64,000 nt of DNA from an uncultured Maribacter sp. (GTDB lineage: Bacteria; Bacteroidota; Bacteroidia; Flavobacteriales; Flavobacteriaceae): contig CAZDOW010000001.1 of assembly GCA_964507115.1 (NCBI GenBank), positions 20,806-84,805 on the forward strand, written 5' to 3'. Shown here piece after piece: positions 54,419-63,188 of the stretch. The translations under genes were made by a program, and so were the position numbers. Within the stretch, counting starts at the first letter, position 1, and every line of letters starts with the position of its first letter. Below the pieces are notes generated by a model. The model did no database searches. It saw nothing but the letters and a program-made list of their open reading frames with translations, and was not told the DNA's origin.

Positions 54419-55786
54419 ATGTACGCAGTTTTGGATATTGAGACGACGGGAGGCAAATACAATGAGGAAGGTATCACAGAAATTGCCATACATAAATTTG
54501 ATGGACAGACAGTCGTGGACACATTTATTAGTCTAGTGAATCCAGAAAAAGATATTCAGCCTTTTGTAGTAAAACTTACGGGTATCAATGATAAAATGTT
54601 ACGTACTGCACCTAAATTCCATGAGGTGGCCAAACGCATCATAGAAATAACCCAAGATACAGTGATTGTTGCCCACAATGCCCAGTTCGACTATCGGATA
54701 TTAAGAACGGAATTTAGACGATTGGGCTACAACTATCAGCGCAAGACCTTGTGCACTGTAGACCTCTCTAAAACATTGCTCCCTGATGCGGAATCGTATA
54801 GTTTAGGTAAATTGGTACGTTCCTTAGGCATTCCTGTAAGTGATCGTCATAGGGCCAACGGAGATGCCTTGGCTACTATAAAGCTTTTTAAGCTATTGTT
54901 GGCAAAAGACAGCGAAAAAACCATTATCCAAGACGTTATCCGAAAAGAAACACATGGTGAACTTTCTGAAAAACAATTGGATATCGTTAAAAGTATGCCA
55001 AATGAAATAGGGCTTTTCTACATGCACAACAAGGATGGGGAAATTATATATTTAAGCAAAAGCACTGATATAAAAAAGCGCGTTAATCAACTATTTACTA
55101 AAAGTGGTAACAGGCCGAGAAAATTGGTAAAAGAAACCAAAAAGGTGACTTTTGAACGTACGGGAAGCGAGTTGGTCTCCATTTTAAAGGAACACCAAGA
55201 ATTACTTAAAAACAGGCCTAAATATAATGCTTCGCCAAGAAAACGAATGTTTACCCACACAATATGCCAATCTACTAACGAAAATGGATACATAGAATTA
55301 AGGGCGACTGCGGTTGCGGATTGTAAACAGCCCATGGGCTTTTTCAATGGTGTTTTTAGTGCTAAAAACCATTTATACAAAATAACAAAGGAATTTAAGC
55401 TTTGTGATAAGCTCAACGGTATAAGTGAGGCTAGAGGCAACTGTGCAGCCTATGACGATAACCAATGCAATGGAGCTTGTATTAAAGAGGAAGCACCAGA
55501 GATTTATAATGAACGTTTGTTGGAAGCACTAGAAAAACACACCTTAAAGGGAAAAGACGTCCTGTTAATAGACAAAGGACGGGAAATCGGTGAAAACAGT
55601 GTTATTTTGATTAAAAAAGGATCCCTTGTTGGCTTGGGTTATTACGATCTAAACCATCAAATAAATAATATGCCTATCTTAGAATCCTTAATCACCCCAA
55701 TGAATGGGACTGTAAACACTAATTTTATCATAGAATCCTATCTTAGAAAGAAGCGTATACTAAAAACAATTCCTATTAACACGTGA
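54419..55786 (+). CDS. DnaQ-like DEDDh 3'-5' exonuclease fused to a GIY-YIG / UvrC-N-terminal (Cho-like) nuclease module
   Basis: Exo I DIETTG, Exo II AHNAQFD, Exo III HRANGDA. GIY-YIG: GLFYM...IIYLSKS..(R)VNQ...E..LKEHQELLKNRPKYN. A UvrC-like Cys cluster follows: C.AYDDNQCNGAC. Confidence 0.8.
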   Translation: MYAVLDIETTGGKYNEEGITEIAIHKFDGQTVVDTFISLVNPEKDIQPFVVKLTGINDKMLRTAPKFHEVAKRIIEITQDTVIVAHNAQFDYRILRTEFRRLGYNYQRKTLCTVDLSKTLLPDAESYSLGKLVRSLGIPVSDRHRANGDALATIKLFKLLLAKDSEKTIIQDVIRKETHGELSEKQLDIVKSMPNEIGLFYMHNKDGEIIYLSKSTDIKKRVNQLFTKSGNRPRKLVKETKKVTFERTGSELVSILKEHQELLKNRPKYNASPRKRMFTHTICQSTNENGYIELRATAVADCKQPMGFFNGVFSAKNHLYKITKEFKLCDKLNGISEARGNCAAYDDNQCNGACIKEEAPEIYNERLLEALEKHTLKGKDVLLIDKGREIGENSVILIKKGSLVGLGYYDLNHQINNMPILESLITPMNGTVNTNFIIESYLRKKRILKTIPINT

Positions 55787-56661
55787 AATTAAAAGGGAAA
55801 AAATCAAAATCCAACTGGAAAAGCAAACTTCATGAAATCATTTATGAAGCGGATACGCCTGTTGGAAAATGGTTTGATTTAGTACTCATTATTCTTATTA
55901 TTCTTAGCGTTATCCTAATAATGCTAGAAAGTGTACAGGAAATTGATATAAAATACCACAAAGAACTTCTATTTTTAGAATGGTTTGTGACCATCTTTTT
56001 TAGCATCGAATATATTGCCCGCATCATCTCTATTAAAAAACCCTTCAAATATATATTCAGTTTTTACGGCATCATAGATTTTATCTCCACCATTCCGCTG
56101 TATCTGTCATACTTATTCGCGGGCTCTCAAGTACTGTTGGCATTTAGAATTTTTAGAATGCTCCGTATTTTTAGAATCCTTAAACTGGTGAAATTCATTG
56201 GCGAAGCCTCGCAATTAAAAAAGGCTATGAAAGCCAGTAGAACAAAAATTGTCGTTTTTATCTACGTGGTGCTCATACTCTCTGTAAGTATGGGAACCAT
56301 TATGTATTTGATAGAAAGTGAAGAAGCTGGTTTTACCAGTATTCCAAGAAGTATCTACTGGACTATAGTGACGCTTACTACAGTGGGTTATGGAGATATT
56401 GCCCCTCAAACCAATCTTGGCCAGTTTATCGCCACTATTATTATGGTTATGGGTTATGGTATTATTGCCGTTCCTACGGGTATCGTTACCGCAGAATTTG
56501 CAGGGCAGGACAAGGTCGGAGAAAAGAAAAATGAAAGTCCCACTGCTGTAAATAATCACGGAATACATTTAAATACCCAGAACTGTCCTTACTGCACCAA
56601 AGAAGAACATAGAGACGATGCAAGACATTGCTATAACTGTGGTAACCTTTTAAATGAGTAA
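55783..56661 (+). CDS. Voltage-gated-type (6TM) potassium channel with C-terminal CX2CX11CX2C zinc ribbon
   Basis: S4-like FRIFRMLRIFRILKLVKF and the selectivity filter TTVGYGD. The C-terminal CPYC...CYNC is at nt 56584-56640. The GTG start sits inside a GTGA overlap with the upstream stop. Confidence 0.8.
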   Translation: MKLKGKKSKSNWKSKLHEIIYEADTPVGKWFDLVLIILIILSVILIMLESVQEIDIKYHKELLFLEWFVTIFFSIEYIARIISIKKPFKYIFSFYGIIDFISTIPLYLSYLFAGSQVLLAFRIFRMLRIFRILKLVKFIGEASQLKKAMKASRTKIVVFIYVVLILSVSMGTIMYLIESEEAGFTSIPRSIYWTIVTLTTVGYGDIAPQTNLGQFIATIIMVMGYGIIAVPTGIVTAEFAGQDKVGEKKNESPTAVNNHGIHLNTQNCPYCTKEEHRDDARHCYNCGNLLNE

Positions 56662-57574
56662 AATTCTTATTTCCATAGTAGGTCCTACAGCAATTGGAAA
56701 GACCAAGCTTGCCGTAGTGTTAGCACAACGGTACCAGACAGAAATTTTATCTGCGGATTCAAGACAGTTTTTTAAGGAAATGACTATTGGTACCGCGGTA
56801 CCAGACCCAGACGAATTGACCGCTGCTCAACATCATTTTATACAACACAAAAGTATTACGGAAGCCTATTCAGTTGGAGCATTTGAAAGAGATGCTATTC
56901 AACTACTGGATACCCTCTTCAAACATCATGAAATTGTTATTATGGTTGGTGGTAGTGGCTTATATGTTGATGCAGTAACCAAGGGCTTAAACGAATTTCC
57001 AAAGGTAGATTCGCAAATACGCGAACAGCTAAGCCAAGAATTAGCGAAACATGGTATTGAAAAACTTCAAAACAAATTACAGGAACTGGACGCTACGTAC
57101 TATGAAAAAGTAGACCAAAACAATCCGCATAGACTCATACGAGCTCTAGAAATATGTATAGGTACCGGAAAAACATATAGTAGCTTTTTAGAAAAACCCA
57201 CAAAAGAAAGAAATTTCACGACATTGACGGTTGGACTACAGACAAAACGCGAACATATTTACGATACAATTAACCGAAGGGTAGACATAATGATGGCTGA
57301 TGGCCTGCTTAGCGAAGTAGAGGCGTTGGTAGATCATAAGCGTTTAAACGCACTACAAACTGTAGGTTACAAAGAGCTATTTAGCCATTTAGAAGGGAAA
57401 TGGAATTTGGATATAGCCCTATCAGAAATTAAAAAAAATACCCGACGGTTCGCAAAACGGCAGCTTACTTGGTTCAATAAAAACAAGGACACCCTTTGGT
57501 TGGATACGGATACCAGCTCCGACCAAAAACTACAGCGTATTGCTACGGCATTGAAAGAACTTAGAAATGAATAA
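56654..57574 (+). CDS. miaA: tRNA dimethylallyltransferase
   Basis: P-loop GPTAIGKT, SADSRQ.(F/Y)..M.IGTA and RFAKRQ.TWF. Confidence 0.9.
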   Translation: MSKILISIVGPTAIGKTKLAVVLAQRYQTEILSADSRQFFKEMTIGTAVPDPDELTAAQHHFIQHKSITEAYSVGAFERDAIQLLDTLFKHHEIVIMVGGSGLYVDAVTKGLNEFPKVDSQIREQLSQELAKHGIEKLQNKLQELDATYYEKVDQNNPHRLIRALEICIGTGKTYSSFLEKPTKERNFTTLTVGLQTKREHIYDTINRRVDIMMADGLLSEVEALVDHKRLNALQTVGYKELFSHLEGKWNLDIALSEIKKNTRRFAKRQLTWFNKNKDTLWLDTDTSSDQKLQRIATALKELRNE

Positions 57575-58061
57575 GCCAATGATTATATACGTTATGGGAG
57601 TTTCTGGCAGTGGCAAATCTACCATTGGCAAACTATTGGCTAATCGGTTAGGGTATATATTTTTTGATGGTGACGATTACCATCCTGAAGCTAATATAAA
57701 AAAAATGTCAAACAAAGAAGCATTGAACGATACCGATAGAAAAGGTTGGTTAGATCGCCTTCATAACATTGCTTTTGAAAACCAGGAAAAAGGAGCTGTG
57801 ATTGTATGTTCTGCGCTTAAGCAGGCGTACAGAAAGCAGCTAACAAATAATTTAATCGACCAGTGTAGATTCTTATACTTAAAGGGCAATATTGAAGAGA
57901 TTACCAGACGGCTTTCAAAACGAAAAGGTCACTTTATGCCACTTGTGTTACTTCAATCTCAATTCCATGATTTGGAAGAACCTAAGGAGGCGGTAACCCT
58001 ATCTATCCTTAAAACTCCTGAACAAATCGTAACAGAATTTATAGAGACAATCACAATATGA
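57567..58061 (+). CDS. gntK: Gluconokinase (GntK/IdnK family)
   Basis: VMGVSGSGKSTIG..LA, F.DGDDYHP..N..KM, L.D.DR..WL, VCSALK..YR. Confidence 0.8.
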   Translation: MNKPMIIYVMGVSGSGKSTIGKLLANRLGYIFFDGDDYHPEANIKKMSNKEALNDTDRKGWLDRLHNIAFENQEKGAVIVCSALKQAYRKQLTNNLIDQCRFLYLKGNIEEITRRLSKRKGHFMPLVLLQSQFHDLEEPKEAVTLSILKTPEQIVTEFIETITI

Positions 58062-58134
58062 GACTGGGTTATTCGTCGCACATATACTACCGGTACAGCA
58101 TTAATATAATATACAAACTCAATTTTGAAGTATA

Positions 58135-58187
58135 GCTTTTAGTAATCCAGAATAATTTTCTTTAAATTATTCTGGATTACTAAAAGC
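58135..58187. repeat. Perfect long inverted repeat (23-24-bp arms, 5-7-nt loop) between convergent genes
   Basis: GCTTTTAGTAATCCAGAATAATT (58135-58157) pairs perfectly with AATTATTCTGGATTACTAAAAGC (58165-58187). No U-tract follows on either strand. Confidence 0.8.
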
Positions 58188-58194
58188 AACAACC

Positions 58195-58905
58195 CTATTC
58201 CTCTGTCTTAATGACCAAACGGAAACCTTCACCATGAATATTTAATATCTCCACGGTATCGTCTACCCTTAAATACTTACGCAGCTTGGCGATATAAACA
58301 TCCATACTTCTGGAAGTAAAATAATTATCGTCTCTCCAAATCTTCGTCAGGGCCAATTCCCTCGGCATTAAATCATTCTCATGCAAAGCTAACAAACGCA
58401 GCAGTTCGTTCTCTTTAGGAGATAATTTTATCGACTCATCTTCTTTATACTTTAGGAACCTTAGTTTAGAATTTAAGTGGAAACCACCAATAGTAAACTC
58501 AAACTTCTTACTATCCGCAAGACTATTAGATGCTTTTCGTTGTAAAATAGCTTTGAGCTTCATTAAAAGGACTTCAGAATCAAAAGGCTTATTCAAATAA
58601 TCATCTGCCCCAGCCTTATAACCTTTTAGCACATCCTCCTTCATGGTCTTGGCTGTAAGAAAAACTATAGGAACGTTCTCATTCTTTTCGCGAATCTCCT
58701 TAGCCAAGGTAAATCCATCCTTATACGGCATCATAACATCCAATATACAAATGTCATAATTATCCTTTTTAAACTTTTCAAAACCTTCCATCCCATTTTT
58801 CGCCAACGTAACGTCAAAGTCGTTCATGGATAGGTAATCTTTAAGAACAATTCCAAAATTTGGATCGTCTTCCACCAAAAGTATTTTCTTGTTTATTGTT
58901 TCCAT
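58195..58905 (-). CDS. Response regulator transcription factor (OmpR/PhoB family)
   Basis: Receiver domain (LLVEDD, ILDVMMP, TAK) plus a winged-helix trans_reg_C (LSPKENELLRLLA...YI..LRKYL). Confidence 0.9.
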   Translation of the reverse strand: METINKKILLVEDDPNFGIVLKDYLSMNDFDVTLAKNGMEGFEKFKKDNYDICILDVMMPYKDGFTLAKEIREKNENVPIVFLTAKTMKEDVLKGYKAGADDYLNKPFDSEVLLMKLKAILQRKASNSLADSKKFEFTIGGFHLNSKLRFLKYKEDESIKLSPKENELLRLLALHENDLMPRELALTKIWRDDNYFTSRSMDVYIAKLRKYLRVDDTVEILNIHGEGFRLVIKTEE

Positions 58906-58911
58906 ACTATT

Positions 58912-60492
58912 TTAAATTAAAGGTAGTTTAATAAAGAAAGTGCTTCCTTTTCCTTTTTCACTTTCTGCAAAAACTTCTCCTTGATGATCTTCTACTATTT
59001 TCTTTACGTATGCGAGCCCTAAACCATGCCCTTTTACGTTATGTACGTCACCGGTGTGCTCTCTATAGAACTTTTCAAAAACCCTTTTTAGAACTGCCTT
59101 TCCCATCCCAGCTCCCTGGTCTTTGATCTTGATAATAATATAATTGTTTACTTTCTCAGTATACACATCTACTTGCGGTGCCTCATCTGAATACTTAATG
59201 GCATTGTCCAACATATTTACAATCACATTGGTAAAATGCATTTCGTTTGCCAATACCTCTGAACGTTCCGCTACCAAATGCGTACGAATATATCCTCCCC
59301 TATCCTTAGCAATTAAATCTACATGTGTAATAGCATCCTCTATTATGTCGTGAACATCTACCCTATCCTTACTAATATCCAACTGATTTTTCTCTAGCTT
59401 AGAAATTCTAAGCACATTTTCCACTTGGGCATGCATTCTTTTGTTTTCCTCTCTAATCATTGTAAGGTACCGGTTTACCTTTTCATGATCACCTATAATT
59501 TTTGGGTTCCTAATCGCCTCTACCGCTAAATTTATCGTTGCTATAGGGGTTTTGAACTCATGCGTCATATTATTAATAAAATCCGTTTTTATTTCGGATA
59601 TCTGCTTTTGCTTAATCAATTGATAAATTGCCCCTGAATAGGCAATAACAATAATAAGAGTAAATAGTAGGGACAACAGTGCCATACCTAAAATAGACCC
59701 TACCAAAAAACGCTTCTTTTCAGGAAAAGAAACCAACAAATCAAAATTGGAGCTGCCTTCCATATCCATAAACATATGGGCCTTATAAATATTCTTTTCA
59801 GAATACTTAAACTTTTTGGATTTTATCTTTGTAGGCAATCCGTTGCTATAGACGCCATATTCAAAACTAATTCCTACACCTCTATTCTCCAGTTCCCTTT
59901 GCATCAAGAGCTCTATCTCTTGTTTTGAAACCCTTTGATGAATTGGCACTTTTTTAGCGTACGAACTAAAAAGTTCCTCCATTGCTAATTTATCAAACTT
60001 AGATAGACCACCTATTTTCTCTACTTTCTGTAATGGTGTCAGCTTATAGCCTTTACCATCCAAATCATAGTCTTCTTTAAAAATAGACGTTCTTCGCTTA
60101 CTGGTGTAATTTTTAATTATGGTAGAATCACTGCCATCAGGATTGTCTAAGAACGTTGAGGAAATACTATAATCCTCCTCTAGAATGCCATGCTCATATA
60201 GCAATATATCATTGGAATTTACATCCCTATCAATAAAAAAGAAATTTTTAAATTGACTGTTCACCAATTCTCCAACACTATCTTTTGCTTGTATATACCT
60301 ATCAACATAATTTTTAGTTTCCCGTTCTGTAATTTTTTCAGTTACACTATTTAATGCTTCTGATACAATACCTGAAAACTGTTCCTCCTTATCTTCTACC
60401 GATTTTTTAATCCAAAAACTTTGAACAAATATCAGTCCTATAAGCGCTGTGCTCATTAGAATTACCAAAAGCACAAATAACCTCTTGTTCAT
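58912..60492 (-). CDS. Sensor histidine kinase (two TM helices, ~250-aa extracytoplasmic domain)
   Basis: H-box MTHEFKTPIATI, N-box MLDNAIKY, G1 DQGAGM, G2 GHGLGLA. Confidence 0.9.
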   Translation of the reverse strand: MNKRLFVLLVILMSTALIGLIFVQSFWIKKSVEDKEEQFSGIVSEALNSVTEKITERETKNYVDRYIQAKDSVGELVNSQFKNFFFIDRDVNSNDILLYEHGILEEDYSISSTFLDNPDGSDSTIIKNYTSKRRTSIFKEDYDLDGKGYKLTPLQKVEKIGGLSKFDKLAMEELFSSYAKKVPIHQRVSKQEIELLMQRELENRGVGISFEYGVYSNGLPTKIKSKKFKYSEKNIYKAHMFMDMEGSSNFDLLVSFPEKKRFLVGSILGMALLSLLFTLIIVIAYSGAIYQLIKQKQISEIKTDFINNMTHEFKTPIATINLAVEAIRNPKIIGDHEKVNRYLTMIREENKRMHAQVENVLRISKLEKNQLDISKDRVDVHDIIEDAITHVDLIAKDRGGYIRTHLVAERSEVLANEMHFTNVIVNMLDNAIKYSDEAPQVDVYTEKVNNYIIIKIKDQGAGMGKAVLKRVFEKFYREHTGDVHNVKGHGLGLAYVKKIVEDHQGEVFAESEKGKGSTFFIKLPLI

Positions 60493-60574
60493 TTAATGTT
60501 AAAATTACAGATTTAGTATAAGGGAAATAGTGTGTTTAACCTAAGCTTAACATAAATGTTAAAATCATGGGACG

Positions 60575-61159
60575 CTAGCAATATTCAAGCAGAGCCTTGT
60601 CTAGTTTCTGCACTTTTACTACTGTTTTTGTTAAGTTTATATTCTCTAACACAAAATCGGCTAAGGATACTTTTTCCTTATCCTCTAATTGGTTTTGTAT
60701 CCGTTCCAAGACCTTCTCCCTAGTGCTTCCGTCTCTTGAAATAATCCTAGCAATACGAATATCTTTTGGTGCTGTGACCAAAATAGTCTTATCATAAAAA
60801 TCCTTAGTACCATTCTCAAATAAAAGAGCAGTCTCTTGCACTACATAGGGGTGACTTTGGTTTTTACACCACATTACAAAATGTTTTCGCACCGCTGGAT
60901 GGACTATGGAATTTAATTTTTGTAACAGCTTCTTGTCCTTAAATACCTGAGTGGCTATATAAGGTCTATTAAGCTTGTGGTTTATATAGGACTCTGCACC
61001 CAAGAGGCTTACTATTTTTCTTTTTAAAACCTTTGAAGTCTCCATCATCTTTTTTGCCTCTACATCAGAATTATAGACAGGCACCCCTAACTCCAGTAGT
61101 AGTTTTGCTACAGTGGACTTGCCACTTCCTATTCCACCAGTAAGGCCTACAACCATCAT
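60575..61159 (-). CDS. coaE: Dephospho-CoA kinase
   Basis: GLTGGIGSGKST P-loop at the N-terminus, with typical CoaE length and layout. Confidence 0.85.
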   Translation of the reverse strand: MMVVGLTGGIGSGKSTVAKLLLELGVPVYNSDVEAKKMMETSKVLKRKIVSLLGAESYINHKLNRPYIATQVFKDKKLLQKLNSIVHPAVRKHFVMWCKNQSHPYVVQETALLFENGTKDFYDKTILVTAPKDIRIARIISRDGSTREKVLERIQNQLEDKEKVSLADFVLENINLTKTVVKVQKLDKALLEYC

Positions 61160-62121
61160 TGTCTTCTTAATATAAATTCGATTTCTTTAGTAAGTAAAGT
61201 CGCTTTACTGAGATTTTTAGGAAAACTATCCAACTCCACTTCTAGCCTATTTTCATTGGCAGCTTCAATCTTATCATAATCCACTACTACCTTTAAATCG
61301 ATAATTTTAAGGTCTTTAAGTGCATCAATTTTCCCTTGACATAAAACGTTTACATGGTCAGGGAACATACGAACCTTGACATCCTCCGGAACGTTAATCA
61401 TTTTCACTGGCACGGAAAATACCTTTTCAGAAAACCGATATACCTTTCCAGAAACGATAACAGAATTGGGGGTTACACTTGTTTTCTTTAGTTCCTTCGG
61501 CAGCAATAAGGGGGTCTTTTGGGAAAAATCGCTACTTACGTTTGGTAAATCTACATAAGAAGTCCTTATAGAATATATGGTATCCACCTCGTTCTTTGGA
61601 CCTTTTATAATTACGTAATCAGGAAATATTAGCACCCCATCTTCTAGCATATAATTTGTAGTCAAATCAATATTAGTCCTTGACAGGACGGGTACTCTCT
61701 TTGATATTAATGGTGTTAAATCAATAAACAAAGTATCATTCTCCATTTCTAGCATTTCCATGCGTTTAGACAACTGACTTTCTATTTGTTTCCTATATAT
61801 TTTAGGCAAGATATAATAGGTTGAATCCTTAACATTTATCTGGGAAAGATCTATTTGTACTTTGCGTTTTCGAATTTCAAAGCCCATAAATTGAAACCCC
61901 AAAGCCTTCAAGCGCACATCGATGGTCTTCTTTGGAGCTTTTTCCAATAAGAAATCTTCAGGAGCATTTACATACTCCAAAGCAAAGGTTGTATTGCTAA
62001 TAACTGTCTGTGATAGGTTATCTATGAGCCAAGCAAGAGTAGCAAAAAGTAAAAAAAGCAAGAACACTTTAACTTTTCGTTTTTTCAATCCAGTTTTTAC
62101 TCGCTCTAATATCAAAATCAA
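61156..62121 (-). CDS. YbbR-like (CdaR-family) domain-containing membrane-anchored protein
   Basis: One N-terminal TM helix, then repeated beta-rich ~80-aa modules (V.V....G.......). The TTG start sits in a TTGA overlap with the GT2 stop. The family call is from general resemblance only. Confidence 0.5.
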   Translation of the reverse strand: MILILERVKTGLKKRKVKVFLLFLLFATLAWLIDNLSQTVISNTTFALEYVNAPEDFLLEKAPKKTIDVRLKALGFQFMGFEIRKRKVQIDLSQINVKDSTYYILPKIYRKQIESQLSKRMEMLEMENDTLFIDLTPLISKRVPVLSRTNIDLTTNYMLEDGVLIFPDYVIIKGPKNEVDTIYSIRTSYVDLPNVSSDFSQKTPLLLPKELKKTSVTPNSVIVSGKVYRFSEKVFSVPVKMINVPEDVKVRMFPDHVNVLCQGKIDALKDLKIIDLKVVVDYDKIEAANENRLEVELDSFPKNLSKATLLTKEIEFILRRQ

Positions 62122-63128
62122 GAATTTGTTTTAAAAAATAAATTAGGAAAAATATCCTGCGGGGAACTAGCACTAAATGTAGTGTAGAGGGTAGATTTCA
62201 AAAAGCCGTACCCATAACCAAAAAACTGTACTACTGCAGCGTATAAGGCTAACAAGGCTACTTTTATACTTTTTGTTTTCAGAATGGCATCCACAAACAA
62301 TAGTAAAAAATAGAGACCATAACATGCTAGGGGAAGCCAAAGACTCCAAAATAAAAGCATTATGGAAAGTACGAGTCCTAAACAAAACACACTTGGAAAC
62401 CAGTAGGTTACTTTTGAAGTTCCTGGATGCCATTTGTTTAAAATAGGACGAACCATTCCAAACTTATTTACTTGCACATAAAACTTGTGCCAATCTATTC
62501 GTCTTTTATGATAAACAAAAGCTTCGGGTATCAACTTGGTCTCATAGCCTTTGTTCCATATTCGTATGGTCAAATCAGGATCCTCCCCAGGGTGTATGTT
62601 TCCGTAACCACCAACGGTCTTGAATGCCTCCTTGGATATGCCCATATTAAAACTTCTTGGCTGAAATTTATTTATGGTTTTTTTACCGCCCCGTATACCA
62701 CCAGTAGTCCAAAAGGAAGTCATGGCATAATTGATAGCCTTTTGAACATCGCTAAAAGATTCGTGTGCGGCATCTGGGCCTCCATAACAGTGCACAAAAT
62801 ATTTTTTTAGACTTTTCTCTGCTTGTTCCAAATAAGATGGGGGTAGAATACAATCAGAATCAAGAACAATGAAATAATCACCCTTTGCCAAGCGCATGCC
62901 ATAATTTCTGGAATCTCCAGGACCCGAATTGGGTTTTTCATAATAGGATATATCCAAAATGTTCAGATACTCTGAAATTACATCCGCAGAGGATAAAGAA
63001 GACCCATCCTCTACGATAACAATTTCGTACTCCTTTGTATAGGTCTGTTTTGTAAGACTATTCAGCAGCTCCTTAATCTCCTGAGGCCTGTTATACACCG
63101 GTATAATAAAAGAAAAAGATAGTTCCAT
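62118..63128 (-). CDS. Family 2 glycosyltransferase with C-terminal TM helices
   Basis: FSFIIPVYNRPQEI, VEDGSS and LDSDC (DxD), followed by 3-4 C-terminal TM helices. Confidence 0.85.
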   Translation of the reverse strand: MELSFSFIIPVYNRPQEIKELLNSLTKQTYTKEYEIVIVEDGSSLSSADVISEYLNILDISYYEKPNSGPGDSRNYGMRLAKGDYFIVLDSDCILPPSYLEQAEKSLKKYFVHCYGGPDAAHESFSDVQKAINYAMTSFWTTGGIRGGKKTINKFQPRSFNMGISKEAFKTVGGYGNIHPGEDPDLTIRIWNKGYETKLIPEAFVYHKRRIDWHKFYVQVNKFGMVRPILNKWHPGTSKVTYWFPSVFCLGLVLSIMLLFWSLWLPLACYGLYFLLLFVDAILKTKSIKVALLALYAAVVQFFGYGYGFLKSTLYTTFSASSPQDIFPNLFFKTNS

Positions 63129-63188
63129 TTTAACTTTTATTTAGTCCAAAGCATACTAGTAATCAATTAAAATACGAGCGTATTTGTA

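Noticed and set aside
60495-60565. 11-nt direct repeat AATGTTAAAAT at 60495-60505 and 60555-60565, upstream of the histidine kinase gene. It could be response-regulator binding sites.
   Set aside because: It is an AT-rich 11-mer, so chance recurrence is not negligible. The 60-nt spacing is unlike the ~10-11-nt spacing of OmpR-family direct repeats. The first copy abuts the start codon.
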